Positions 7,069 through 16,316 are shown, numbered from the stretch's first letter. The stretch: DNA of 64,000 bases from an uncultured Verrucomicrobiota bacterium (GCA_903842505.1 CAIMMI010000351.1:261-64260), one strand, 5' to 3'. The notes: generated by a model from the letters alone, not told the origin. Program-made: numbers and translations.

Positions 7069-9347
7069 GCGCCCAGAGCCAGCGTCCGTTCCTGGCCGTC
7101 CTGACCGGCAATCCCAATTGCGGCAAGACGACCCTGTTCAATGCGCTGACGGGACTCCGCGCGCACGTCGGCAACTACGCGGGCGTGACGGTGGAACGGA
7201 AGGAAGGGGCGCTGCTGGGCGCCGCTCCCGGCCAGTCGGTGGCGATCCTCGACCTGCCTGGCACGTACAGCCTCAGTCCCCAGTCCCCGGACGAACAGAT
7301 CGCCCGGGACGTCCTGTTCCAGCGCCTGCCGGAGGTTGGGCAACCGGACCTGGTGATGGTGGTGGTCGATGCCTCGAACCTGCAGCGCAACCTGTACTAC
7401 GCGACGCAGGTGATCGAGCTGGGCTACCCGACCTTCCTCGCGTTGAACATGGTCGATGTCGCGGCCGAGAACGGGCACGAGATCGACCTGAAGGGATTGT
7501 CGGCGGCGTTGGGCGTGCCGGTGTACGCGCTCGTGGCGAGCAACGGGCAGGGCGTGCCGGAGTTTGCGACGGCGATCCGGGCGCAGGCGGCGCGCGGGAC
7601 GGCGCGGACGATTCCGCGGGAATTCAGCGAATTGCCGGAGGTGTTTGGCCACGAGGCCCGCGAACTCCAGAAGTGGATGGCGGCCCGGTCCCCGCAGCGC
7701 GAACGGTTGGCCGCGGCCGAGGCGCTGCTGGTGCTTTCCGATGACCAGGCCCTCCAGGGGCATCCGGATCATTATCCCGTCGAGTTGAGGCAACGCGTCA
7801 GCGAGGCGCGCGGCCGGTTGGAGGCGGCCGGCACGGATTGGCGCAGCGCGGCCATCGAAGCCCGGTATGCCCGTGCGGCGGCGATCCAGATGGCCGTGAC
7901 CACCGAGACGGCGCCACCCGGAGAGACGTGGTCGGATCGCGTCGATCGTGTGGTGACGGACCGGATCTGGGGACCGCTGATCTTCGTGGGGATCCTGCTG
8001 GCGTTGTTCGTCAGCATCTTCTGGTTGGCGGAGATTCCGAAGGGCTGGATCGAGTGGGTCGTGGGGATGCTGGCCGGATGGGTTTCCGGGGCGCTGCCGC
8101 CGGGCGACCTGAACGACCTGCTGTCGAAGGGCGTCGTGGCGGGCGTGGGTTCGGTGGTCGTCTTCCTGCCGCAGATCTGTCTGCTGTTCCTCTTCATCAG
8201 CCTGCTCGAGGACTCCGGGTACATGGCCCGTGCCGCGTTCCTCATGGACCGCCTCATGAGCCGGGTTGGCCTCCATGGAAAGAGTTTCATCCCGATGCTC
8301 TCGTCCTTCGCCTGCGCGATCCCGGGCATCATGGCGACGCGCACGATCGAGACGCCGAAGGACCGTCTGGCGACGATCCTGGTGGCCCCCTTGATGAGCT
8401 GTTCGGCCCGGCTTCCGGTCTACACCGTGCTGATCGCCGCCTGCATCGGGGGCAATGCGCTGAGGAAGGGACTCACCCTGACCGGCATGTACGTGCTGGG
8501 TGTGGTGGGTGCGCTCGGCATGGCGTGGTTGTTCAAGCGGACGCTGCTGAAGGGTGAGCCGCCGCCGCTGTTGCTGGAGTTGCCGCCGTACAAGCGTCCG
8601 GTCCTGACCGTGACCCTGCGCCACATGTGGGATCGTTCGAAGCTGTTCCTTCGTCGCGCCGGGACGGTCATCCTCGGGATCAACATCATCCTCTGGTTCC
8701 TGGTCACCTTCCCGCGGGATGCGGCGACTTCGGCGCGATTCGATGGCCGGCGTGCGGAAGCGGTCCAGAAGGCATTCCCCGGCGACAACGCTCCGGCGGT
8801 GATCGAATCGCACCTGACCGCGGCGCGGGCCGAGGCATCGACCAACGAGCCTCCGAACCTCGCCGCGTTTCGCGACGCGATCCGCGTGCTCGACCACGAA
8901 CAGGCGGGCGAGGAATTGCGCCACAGCTTCGCGGGTCGGGTGGGACGGGCGATCGAACCGGCGCTGCGGCCGCTGGGCTTCGACTGGAAGATCAGCATCG
9001 GCATCGTGGCGTCGTTTGCCGCGCGCGAGGTCTTCGTCAGCACGATGTCGGTGGTCTACAACGTCGGCGAAGTCGACGTGGGCGATTCCGGCGCGACGTC
9101 TGGCCTTGTCGAGACCATGCAACGGGAGCGTCGGGAGGATGGATCGGTGCTCTACACGCCGCGGCTCGGGCTCACGTTGATGGTCTTTTATGTCTTCGCC
9201 ATGCAGTGCGTCAGCACCGTGGCCATCGTCCGACGCGAGACCAACGGATGGAAGTGGCCGGCGTTCCAGTTCGCGTACATGACCGCGTTGGCTTGGGGGT
9301 TGGCTTGGGTGACGCATCTGATTGCGGGCGCGCTGGGGATGGGGTGA
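7065..9347 (+). CDS. feoB: Ferrous iron transporter B
   Basis: N-terminal G domain GNPNCGKTTLFNALTG with DLPGTYSL, followed by a polytopic membrane domain. Length is 760 aa. Confidence 0.9.
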   Translation: MSAQSQRPFLAVLTGNPNCGKTTLFNALTGLRAHVGNYAGVTVERKEGALLGAAPGQSVAILDLPGTYSLSPQSPDEQIARDVLFQRLPEVGQPDLVMVVVDASNLQRNLYYATQVIELGYPTFLALNMVDVAAENGHEIDLKGLSAALGVPVYALVASNGQGVPEFATAIRAQAARGTARTIPREFSELPEVFGHEARELQKWMAARSPQRERLAAAEALLVLSDDQALQGHPDHYPVELRQRVSEARGRLEAAGTDWRSAAIEARYARAAAIQMAVTTETAPPGETWSDRVDRVVTDRIWGPLIFVGILLALFVSIFWLAEIPKGWIEWVVGMLAGWVSGALPPGDLNDLLSKGVVAGVGSVVVFLPQICLLFLFISLLEDSGYMARAAFLMDRLMSRVGLHGKSFIPMLSSFACAIPGIMATRTIETPKDRLATILVAPLMSCSARLPVYTVLIAACIGGNALRKGLTLTGMYVLGVVGALGMAWLFKRTLLKGEPPPLLLELPPYKRPVLTVTLRHMWDRSKLFLRRAGTVILGINIILWFLVTFPRDAATSARFDGRRAEAVQKAFPGDNAPAVIESHLTAARAEASTNEPPNLAAFRDAIRVLDHEQAGEELRHSFAGRVGRAIEPALRPLGFDWKISIGIVASFAAREVFVSTMSVVYNVGEVDVGDSGATSGLVETMQRERREDGSVLYTPRLGLTLMVFYVFAMQCVSTVAIVRRETNGWKWPAFQFAYMTALAWGLAWVTHLIAGALGMG

Positions 9348-9353
9348 GGGGCG

Positions 9354-9386
9354 GGGAGTTTCGAGGTTCAAGATTCAAGTTTGAAG
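9354..9386. repeat. Family A repeat (forward)
   Basis: gggagtttcgaggttcaagattcaagtttgaag lies 7 nt after the feoB stop. Confidence 0.8.
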
Positions 9387-9548
9387 AGGGGGGCGCGGAG
9401 GTGCGGAAGGGGGATGGTTTCCCGCAGAGGCGCGGAGGCGCAGGGGGGGCGAAGATGCCCTCGATGGGACTGGGGGACGTTCCGCGAGGCGGGCTGGCTT
9501 TTTGGGCCTGTGAGACCGAGCGATAGTGGAGCGCCGGCGGGCTGGAAC

Positions 9549-9664
9549 GCCCTTTCAGGGCTGGGTGAATTGTTGGGGTGGTGCAATCCCAGGGCGGTGC
9601 CCTGGGCTGTCTTGGGACGCCCCGTTGGGGCTTTTGGGCGGGGCGGGCTCAGCCCTGAAAGGGC
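9549..9664. repeat. 116-bp structured inverted-repeat element
   Basis: The perfect 15-bp arms gccctttcagggctg (9549-9563) and cagccctgaaagggc (9650-9664) flank the internal palindrome CCCAGGGC-ggt-GCCCTGGG (9588-9606). Confidence 0.8.
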
Positions 9665-9801
9665 GAATCAATCCGGCCCAGGGCATCGTCCCGGGAAGTG
9701 GGATCGTATCGACGAGGAGCCCTGAACCTAGAACCGGCAGTTCATCTATCCGCAGATTGCTGCTGTGGACAGAGGCTTCGCGGCGGGGTCATGCTTCAGG
9801 G

Positions 9802-11100
9802 ATGAATCGTCCTTTCGGAATTCGCGCGGCGGTTGGGTTGGCGTTGGGTGCGTGGGTGTCGATGTCGGTGGCGGGACTGGCGGCGACGGGGGACTGGCCT
9901 TCGTGGCGGGGTGCGAATGGACAAGGCAGCGTGGTGGGCGGGCGCTATCCGGAGCGATGGACGGCGGAGACGGTGACTTGGAAGGTGGAATTGCCGGGGA
10001 AGGGAACGTCGACGCCGATCGTCTCGGGCGGGCGGGTGTATCTGACCTCGCCGTTGGATGGCGAAGATGCGGTGCTGGCGTTTGATCTGGACGGGAAGAA
10101 GGCCTGGGAAGCGCGGGTCGGGTCGAAGAGCGATCCCAAGCACCGGACCCTGGCGTCGAGTTGCAATGCATCGCCGGTGACGGATGGAACGGCGGTTTAT
10201 GTGCACTTCAAGAGCGGCAACCTGGCGGCCGTGGAGACCGATGGACGGATCCGGTGGAAGGTGAACCTCACGGAGAAGTTCGGGGTCGAGAAGCTGTTCT
10301 GGGACTCCGGGACGTCGCCGGTCGTGGTGGGGGACGTCGTGATCCTGAGCCGGTTGCACGAGGGCGATTCCTGGGTCGCGGCGTTTGATCGGAAGACGGG
10401 TGAGGTGCGTTGGCAGGAGAAGCGGAACTTCACGGCGCCGACCGAGAACAACAACGGCTATGCCACGCCGGTCGTGGTCGATCAGGGCGGCCAACCGGCG
10501 GTGCTGATCTGGGGTGCGGACCGCCTGACGGCGCATGCGGTCTCGGATGGGCACGTCCTCTGGACGGCGGGTGGGTTCAATCCGGACGGAACCGGGTTCT
10601 GGCCGGCGATTGCGACCCCGGTGGTGCAGGGGGAAATGGCGATCGTGCCGGTTGGGCGCGATGATCGCGCGGGGCAGTCCCGGATGTTCGGGGTGAAGCT
10701 GGGTGGTTCTGGCGATGTGTCGACGAGTCATCGGGCGTGGAAGCGGCAGGACGTCGGCGTGTTCGTGGCCGCGCCGGTGGTGGCGGGTGGGCGTGCGTAT
10801 CTCCTGCGGCACAAGGGTGAGGTCGTGTGCCTCGATCCGGCCACGGGTGAGACCGTGTGGACCGGGACGCTGCCCAAGGCCACGGCGCCGTTCTATTCGT
10901 CGCCGGTGGTAGCGAACGGAATCCTGTATGCGGCGCGGGAGGATGGCGTGGTGTTCGCGGCGCGGGTGGGTGAAAAGTTCGAGCTGCTTTCGGAGAACCC
11001 GATGGGTGAGCGGATCATCGCGACGCCGGTACCGGCGGCCGACCGTCTGTTCCTGCGCGGGGACAAGCACCTGTTCTGCATCGTCGGGCCAGGTAAGTGA
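9802..11100 (+). CDS. Secreted PQQ-like beta-propeller repeat protein (paralog 2)
   Basis: ORF 9526..11100. ATG 9802 gives MNRPFGIRAAVGLALGAWVSMSVAG and then GDWPSWRG. The upstream ORF part is the repeat element at 9549-9664. Confidence 0.75.
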   Translation: MNRPFGIRAAVGLALGAWVSMSVAGLAATGDWPSWRGANGQGSVVGGRYPERWTAETVTWKVELPGKGTSTPIVSGGRVYLTSPLDGEDAVLAFDLDGKKAWEARVGSKSDPKHRTLASSCNASPVTDGTAVYVHFKSGNLAAVETDGRIRWKVNLTEKFGVEKLFWDSGTSPVVVGDVVILSRLHEGDSWVAAFDRKTGEVRWQEKRNFTAPTENNNGYATPVVVDQGGQPAVLIWGADRLTAHAVSDGHVLWTAGGFNPDGTGFWPAIATPVVQGEMAIVPVGRDDRAGQSRMFGVKLGGSGDVSTSHRAWKRQDVGVFVAAPVVAGGRAYLLRHKGEVVCLDPATGETVWTGTLPKATAPFYSSPVVANGILYAAREDGVVFAARVGEKFELLSENPMGERIIATPVPAADRLFLRGDKHLFCIVGPGK

Positions 11101-11426
11101 GCCGGAGATGGGCGGCGAGATTATCCATGGAGACTTCCTGCGAGCAGCGTTTGGGTTTCCACAGATTTCACGGATTGCACAAATGGGCCAAAACAAAACG
11201 GCTCTTCGATGTCGCGCATCCAACTCCCCCGCTTGCCTGCCAATCCGTGGAATCGGTGCAATCTGTGGATCAGTCTTCCCTTGCTGAGCTCATGGCTCAC
11301 GCAGAAGGCTCCGGCACCAGGACTCAGCTAGGCCGGTTCCGTCGGCGGACCATCCTGCGGCCCTGGACGTCGGCGATCTGGAAGCCGATGCCGGCGTAGA
11401 CATCCTGGGCATCCAGGGTGGTTGGG

Positions 11427-11606
11427 TCAGGGCAGCGGACGTCGGAGCCAGTCCTGCATGGCGCGGGTGACGATCGGGGAGGCGTCCTCTTGGACCCAGT
11501 GGTCTGCGCCGGGGACGGTGACGAGGGTGAAGTCGCGGGTGGTGTACTGCCAGTTGTCGTTGAGTGCGGCGGCACCGAGGGCCTTGTCCTTGAGGCCATG
11601 GATCAT
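11427..11606 (-). pseudogene. C-terminal remnant of an alpha/beta hydrolase
   Basis: Minus-strand frame reads (PKTAPHQVPVQCSVP)MIHGLKDKALGAAALNDNWQYTTRDFTLVTVPGADHWVQEDASPIVTRAMQDWLRRPLP*. This resembles the catalytic Asp/His end of an abhydrolase with no N-terminal body. It overlaps the stop of 11603..12361. Confidence 0.4.
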
Positions 11607-12361
11607 GGGGACGGAACACTGGACCGGGACTTGATGGGGAGCAGTTTTGGGCCGGAAGCCGCGGGTGGTCCGCCGGCCTGCTTCCAGACGTCCTCCAGCA
11701 CGGGGCGGATGACGCGGGCGAACTCGACGTAGGCGTGCGGATGGAAGTGGAGTTTGTCGGAACGATAGAGGTCGAGTCGTGGGGTACCGTTGGTGTCGAC
11801 CAGGGCAGGGTTGATGTCGATGAACGTGTGTCGCGGCGTGGATTCACAGAGGGACCTGACGAGGCCATTGTAGTGATCGACGCGACCCCATCGTGCGACC
11901 CGATCGGGGGAGCGGGTGGCCGTGACATAGATGAGGTGGGTGGTCGGCAGGGTGCGACGGACGCGTTCGGAGAACTCGCGGAACCGGTCGAAGATGGCGG
12001 CGGGTTCATCGCCGGATTTGAGGTCGTTGCTGCCGCAGTAATAGACGATCACGCGGGGTGCGTGCGGGGTGACGACCTGATCGAAGCGCTCGAGTTGATG
12101 GGTGGTTCGCGATCCGCCGAAGGCCCGGTTGAGTACGGGCAGCGGTGCCATCATCTCCGTCACGTTGGTCCATTCGCGGAAGATGCTGCTGCCGACGAAC
12201 AGGATTCCGGAGCCCTTGGGAGGCTGTCGGCGGTCTGTTTCGACGAAGGCACGGATCTCGGCCTCGAACGCGGGAGCAACGGATTCTGCGGCATGGAGCA
12301 CGCACAAGCCCACGCCCAGCAACAGCAGGGCTGACCACAGCTGGCGGAATGGGTGCTTCAT
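11603..12361 (-). CDS. Secreted SGNH/GDSL-type hydrolase (esterase)
   Basis: ILFVGSSIFREW (block I Ser), FGGSRT (block II) and VIVYYCGSNDL (block III) are present. The N-terminus MKHPFRQLWSALLLLGVGLCVLHA is signal-like. Confidence 0.75.
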   Translation of the reverse strand: MKHPFRQLWSALLLLGVGLCVLHAAESVAPAFEAEIRAFVETDRRQPPKGSGILFVGSSIFREWTNVTEMMAPLPVLNRAFGGSRTTHQLERFDQVVTPHAPRVIVYYCGSNDLKSGDEPAAIFDRFREFSERVRRTLPTTHLIYVTATRSPDRVARWGRVDHYNGLVRSLCESTPRHTFIDINPALVDTNGTPRLDLYRSDKLHFHPHAYVEFARVIRPVLEDVWKQAGGPPAASGPKLLPIKSRSSVPSP

Positions 12362-12364
12362 GGT

Positions 12365-14575
12365 TCAGCGTTTCGGGTTCCAGATCGACTTCAACGGATA
12401 GGCGCGCAGGGAGGTGAACTTCACCGGGGCACCCTTGGATTCGACGGACACGCCGAGGTCGGTGGCTTTTGGTTGGAAGGGCTTCGGCACGTAGGTCAGG
12501 CCGCCGCTGGCGAAGACCTCGAGTCCGGTGCGGTCGGCATAGATCGTCAGGCGTTGGCGGCCGTTGCGGAGCGGGGCTGGAGCGCGATGGCCGTTGACGA
12601 CGATTTCCTGCTTCTGCGGGTCGTAGGTGATCGTGGCGCCACGGACGGTGAAGGTGACTTCGGCGTTGCCGGGCTCGAATTCGGCGCGGAGTTCGACGAG
12701 TTCGGTGCGGGCCTTGGCGAGCGGGTTGGGCTCGCCCGGGCTGACGACCTTGCCGTCGAACTGGAACTTGCCGTTGCGGAGCGATTCCAGTTCGCGCACG
12801 GGGTTGAACGTCATGCGGGGACCCTCGGGCGTGGCGGTGAGCCGGAGTTCGAGCGGGATGGTCATCGCCTGGTTGAAGGACATTCCCTTGGTCTCGGTCT
12901 GGTACCAGCCGATCTGGATGCGGCGTCCGTCGGTGGACGGAACGTCACTGAACGTCTGCGGGGCATAGAAGCCCTGGCCGCGATGGCCGGGGAGTCGGGA
13001 ATGTTCCGGGGTGAAGCGGGTGCCGTCGAAGGTGCCGACGCCGTACTCGGAATTGGCGCCGAGGAGGACCCAGCGTCGGTTCTTGGGATCGCCGTCGACG
13101 GGCAGTTCGAAGAAGTCGGGGCACTCGAAGAGGTAGTTGCTGCCGCGGATGCCCTCGGTGACCGAAGCGAGCGTCCATTCCTTCAGGTTGGGCGAGGTAT
13201 AGAAGTGGACGGTGTGGCCGCGGTTGGGGAGTTCGACGTAGAGGACGAGGACCCACTTCTTCGAGGGTTCATGCCACATCACCTTGGGATCGCGGTTGCC
13301 GCCGGTGACCTGCGGGATGACGGGGTTGCCGGAGTACTTGGTGAAGTTCCGTCCGTCGGTGCTGTGCGCGATGCACTGGACGGTGGGGTTTCCGGCGGCG
13401 GTGTAGATGAGGACGAGGGGAGGCTTGCCGGGTTTGCCGAAGCCGCTGGTGTTGTTCCAGTCGACGACGGCGCTGCCGCTGAACATGGGGCCGAAGGGAT
13501 CGGGGGCGAGCTTGTCGCCGAGTTCCTGCCAGTGGAGGAGGTCGCGGCTGACGGCGTGGCCCCAGTGCATGTTGCCCCAGGCCCAGCCATAGGGGTTGTG
13601 CTGGAAGAACAGGTGGTATTCGCCGTTGAAGAACACCATGCCGTTCGGGTCGTTGTTCCAGCCGCGCTGGGGCGAGAAGTGGAACTGGCCGCGGAGGGGT
13701 TCGCGGTAGAGCGTGGCGGCGTCGGGGAGGGAATCGGATTCGGCGATGGCGGCGAGGCCGGACCCGTCCTCGGGGAATTTGTCGACCTGGAGGGTGAGCT
13801 TGCGGCCCTTCCAGGCGCTGACGTCCATGACCGCCCACCAGTCCGGCTTGCCGGTGGCGAGTTCGACGTCGTTGCGTACCTCCTGCTTGCCATCGACGAA
13901 CAGCGTCACAACGCGCTTTGGGGCGCCGTTCTGGATCGGGATGTGGAGGTAGCGGCGGCGCGGCGTGAGGTCGCGCTTCACGTTGCTGGCGAGGCCGGGG
14001 GACCGTGTGTCGGTCTGGGCCAGGTGATCGACGTTGAGGTGGCCCCAGCCGCCCTTGGCGTCGTCGACGATCCGGAGGATCGCGTTGCGGCCGGCGAACT
14101 CGGAGACGTCCCACGATTCCGGCGCGAGCGCTTCGCTGCCGCCAGACTGGCTGTTCGGGCCGGTGGCTGTTCGTACGACCTTGCCGTCGACGAGGAGTTG
14201 AAGGGCGAGCTTCTCGGGGTTGCTGCCGCCGCCGATCAGGAAGGAGAGGAACTTCCGTTCGATGCGGAACTCGGGGGAAGTGAGCGTGCCGGTGGAGTCG
14301 TCACCCTTGAAGAACGAGTTCACGAGGCCTTGGCCCTTGAACCCGTTCACGGCCATCTGCCCTGGAAGCGACCCGCGCGCCGGTCCGGGCCCGAAGGCAT
14401 CGCCGGTGACGGTCCAACTTCCGTAGGTCGTGGCTTCAAAGTCCGCGAGCACGACGTCCTCGGCGGCCACCGCGCGGGAAGCGAGCGTGGCGACGAGGGC
14501 GACGGAGACCAGGGCAGAGCGGAACGGCGGATTCACAGATGTGGCCGTCCCGTGGCAGTTGGAGACTGGGGACAT
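12365..14575 (-). CDS. Glycoside hydrolase family 32 (beta-fructofuranosidase/levanase-like) with a roughly 300-aa N-terminal extra domain
   Basis: GWNNDPNGMVFFNGEYHLFFQHNPYGWAWGNMHWGHAVSRDLLHWQ is the GH32 WMNDPNG block. RDPKV and FECPDFF blocks are also present. The N-terminus is signal-like. Confidence 0.85.
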   Translation of the reverse strand: MSPVSNCHGTATSVNPPFRSALVSVALVATLASRAVAAEDVVLADFEATTYGSWTVTGDAFGPGPARGSLPGQMAVNGFKGQGLVNSFFKGDDSTGTLTSPEFRIERKFLSFLIGGGSNPEKLALQLLVDGKVVRTATGPNSQSGGSEALAPESWDVSEFAGRNAILRIVDDAKGGWGHLNVDHLAQTDTRSPGLASNVKRDLTPRRRYLHIPIQNGAPKRVVTLFVDGKQEVRNDVELATGKPDWWAVMDVSAWKGRKLTLQVDKFPEDGSGLAAIAESDSLPDAATLYREPLRGQFHFSPQRGWNNDPNGMVFFNGEYHLFFQHNPYGWAWGNMHWGHAVSRDLLHWQELGDKLAPDPFGPMFSGSAVVDWNNTSGFGKPGKPPLVLIYTAAGNPTVQCIAHSTDGRNFTKYSGNPVIPQVTGGNRDPKVMWHEPSKKWVLVLYVELPNRGHTVHFYTSPNLKEWTLASVTEGIRGSNYLFECPDFFELPVDGDPKNRRWVLLGANSEYGVGTFDGTRFTPEHSRLPGHRGQGFYAPQTFSDVPSTDGRRIQIGWYQTETKGMSFNQAMTIPLELRLTATPEGPRMTFNPVRELESLRNGKFQFDGKVVSPGEPNPLAKARTELVELRAEFEPGNAEVTFTVRGATITYDPQKQEIVVNGHRAPAPLRNGRQRLTIYADRTGLEVFASGGLTYVPKPFQPKATDLGVSVESKGAPVKFTSLRAYPLKSIWNPKR

Positions 14576-14630
14576 GGACCCATGAGACCGCGGAACGCGG
14601 TCCGCTGGCTAGGGGGAATAGGGTAGAAGA

Positions 14631-14690
14631 GATCGGTCCGATAGGACGGATCCGTCCGATCGGTCCGATCCGTCTGATCTGGAGCGATGC
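14631..14690. repeat. Degenerate GGTCCGAT microsatellite in a divergent promoter region
   Basis: The sequence is gatcggtccgataggacggatccgtccgatcggtccgatccgtctgatc. Confidence 0.7.
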
Positions 14691-14745
14691 ATTGAAGGGG
14701 AGGTGCTCTCTGGGTTACCAAGGCGGGAGCGCTGGTTCCTGACTC

Positions 14746-15336
14746 ATGTTCCGCTTACCCCTTGCCCGTGTGCTTTCCGTGATCGGCCATCCTGTGGTGG
14801 TGCTGCCGGTGGCGGTGGTGGTGTCGGGGGGAGCGCGTGGAGTACCGGCGTCGACGCGGTCGACGACGATCGGGGTGACGGTGGGAATCGGGTTGGTGGT
14901 GCTGGTGTTCAGTGCGGTGCGGGTGCGGTTGGGGCATTGGAAGCACGTCGATGCGAGCCAACCGGCGGAGCGCAACCAGTTGAACGGGTTCACGGCGGTG
15001 CTGTTGTTCGGGGCGGCGGCGGCGGGTTTCCTGTCGCCGGGTGGAAGCCCGGATCTCTACCTGTGGCCGGCGTGTTCGGGGGCCGTGGTGCTCGCGGCGA
15101 TCGTCCTGCGTCGGCGGTTGAAGCTCTCGCAGCACGTGGCCTTCAACCTCTTCGCAGCGCTGGCGGTGCTGCCATCGGTGGGCGCGGCTCTGGCCCTCGT
15201 GGGATTGACGGGTGCGGTGGCGTGGTCGCGGTTGAAGTTGGGGCGACACACGCGGGCGGAGATTGGGGTGGGAACCGTGGTAGGGGTGGTGGTGGGTGCG
15301 TTGTTCCAGATGGGGTTGAGGTTCATCCGCGGTTGA
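14746..15336 (+). CDS. Integral membrane protein, weak PAP2-phosphatase-like C-terminal motif
   Basis: About 5 hydrophobic segments. KLSQH ... SRLKLGRHTRAEIGVG loosely fits the PAP2 motif SRxxxxxHxxx(D/E). Confidence 0.4.
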   Translation: MFRLPLARVLSVIGHPVVVLPVAVVVSGGARGVPASTRSTTIGVTVGIGLVVLVFSAVRVRLGHWKHVDASQPAERNQLNGFTAVLLFGAAAAGFLSPGGSPDLYLWPACSGAVVLAAIVLRRRLKLSQHVAFNLFAALAVLPSVGAALALVGLTGAVAWSRLKLGRHTRAEIGVGTVVGVVVGALFQMGLRFIRG

Positions 15337-15413
15337 TCGCCGGTCTGTCTGCGACCCCGGTTGGGGGACCAGAGGGGAGATGCCGGATGCGGGAAGTGAT
15401 GTAGACTTTCAGC

Positions 15414-16316
15414 ATGCGCGTGCTTGTAACGGGCGGGAGCGGGTTCGTGGGCCGGACGGTCGTCGCTGGGTTGCGTGCACAGGGCTTCGGCGTCCGGATC
15501 CTGGCGCGGGGCACCCGGGAACTGGTCGAAGGGGTGGAGACCGTTCGGGGTTCGGTGGTGGACGGGCAGGGGCTGGAGGCGGCGTGCCGGGGCTGTGACG
15601 CGGTGATCCACCTGGTGGGCATCATCGCGGAGGTCGGCGCGCAGACGTATCGGCGGGTCCATTCGGAAGGAACGCAGAATCTGCTGGCAGCGGCCCGGGT
15701 GGCGGGGATCCGTCGCTGGGTGCAGATGAGCGCGCTGGGAGCACGGGCCGGCGCCGCGGCGGAGTATCATCGGACCAAGTGGGAAGCCGAGGAGATGGTA
15801 CGGGCGAGTGGGTTGGAGTGGACGATCCACCGCCCGTCGATCGTGTTCGGGCCAGGGGACGGATTTGTGGGGTTCTTTGCCCGGATGAGTCGGTGGTCGC
15901 CGGTGCTGCCCCTGATTGGCGGGGGCGGCATGCAGTTCCAGCCGATCGCGGTGGAGGATGTCGCGACGTGCTTCGTGGGTGCGTTGGGTCGGACTTCGAC
16001 GGTGGGGAAGACCTACGACCTGTGCGGTCGGGAACGCTTCACACTGCGGGACATCTTTCGACAGGTGCTCGAGGTCACGGGGCGTCGGCGTTTGCTCTTG
16101 CCGGTGCCGTGGGTGGTTGCGGGCGTCCAGGCCCGGATGGCGGAGATCCTGTTTGCGAAGATGCTGGGGCGGACCCCGCCCTTGAACCGGGACCAACTCC
16201 TGATGTTGCGCGAGGACAACGTCGGGGATCCCGGGCCGATGATTCGGGACTATGGACTGGAGCCCGCCGACTTCCGGGCGGGACTCCGTCGAGCCTGCTT
16301 GAAACCTGAATCTTGA
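15414..16316 (+). CDS. NAD(P)H-binding SDR (NDUFA9/NmrA-like epimerase family)
   Basis: MRVLVTGGSGFVGRTVV is a Rossmann motif, and YHRTKWEAE is a YxxxK motif. The last approximately 12 codons are encoded by repeat words (see findings). Confidence 0.75.
   Translation: MRVLVTGGSGFVGRTVVAGLRAQGFGVRILARGTRELVEGVETVRGSVVDGQGLEAACRGCDAVIHLVGIIAEVGAQTYRRVHSEGTQNLLAAARVAGIRRWVQMSALGARAGAAAEYHRTKWEAEEMVRASGLEWTIHRPSIVFGPGDGFVGFFARMSRWSPVLPLIGGGGMQFQPIAVEDVATCFVGALGRTSTVGKTYDLCGRERFTLRDIFRQVLEVTGRRRLLLPVPWVVAGVQARMAEILFAKMLGRTPPLNRDQLLMLREDNVGDPGPMIRDYGLEPADFRAGLRRACLKPES

Noticed and set aside
7032-9371. Very long antisense or alternative-frame ORFs in the track. Examples are 7032..9371(-), 20817..23900(-), 12353..14626(+), 9796..11223(-), 3727..5001(+), 16387..17721(+), 34883..36337(-), 47414..49552(+), 59570..61453(-) and 29893..31656(-).
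   Set aside because: They overlap genes that have clear family signatures. Their translations are Arg/Pro/Gly/His/Asp-rich with no motifs, as expected for stop-codon-poor shadow frames in GC-rich DNA.
14533-14721. Small ORFs translating repeat words. Examples are 14533..14721(-) with TDRTDRTD, 1341..1661(+) with SYSNSYSYSYS, and 9368..9586(-), 19121..19351(-) and 6231..6476(+).
   Set aside because: They are translations of the microsatellite or repeat families described above and have no coding signatures.
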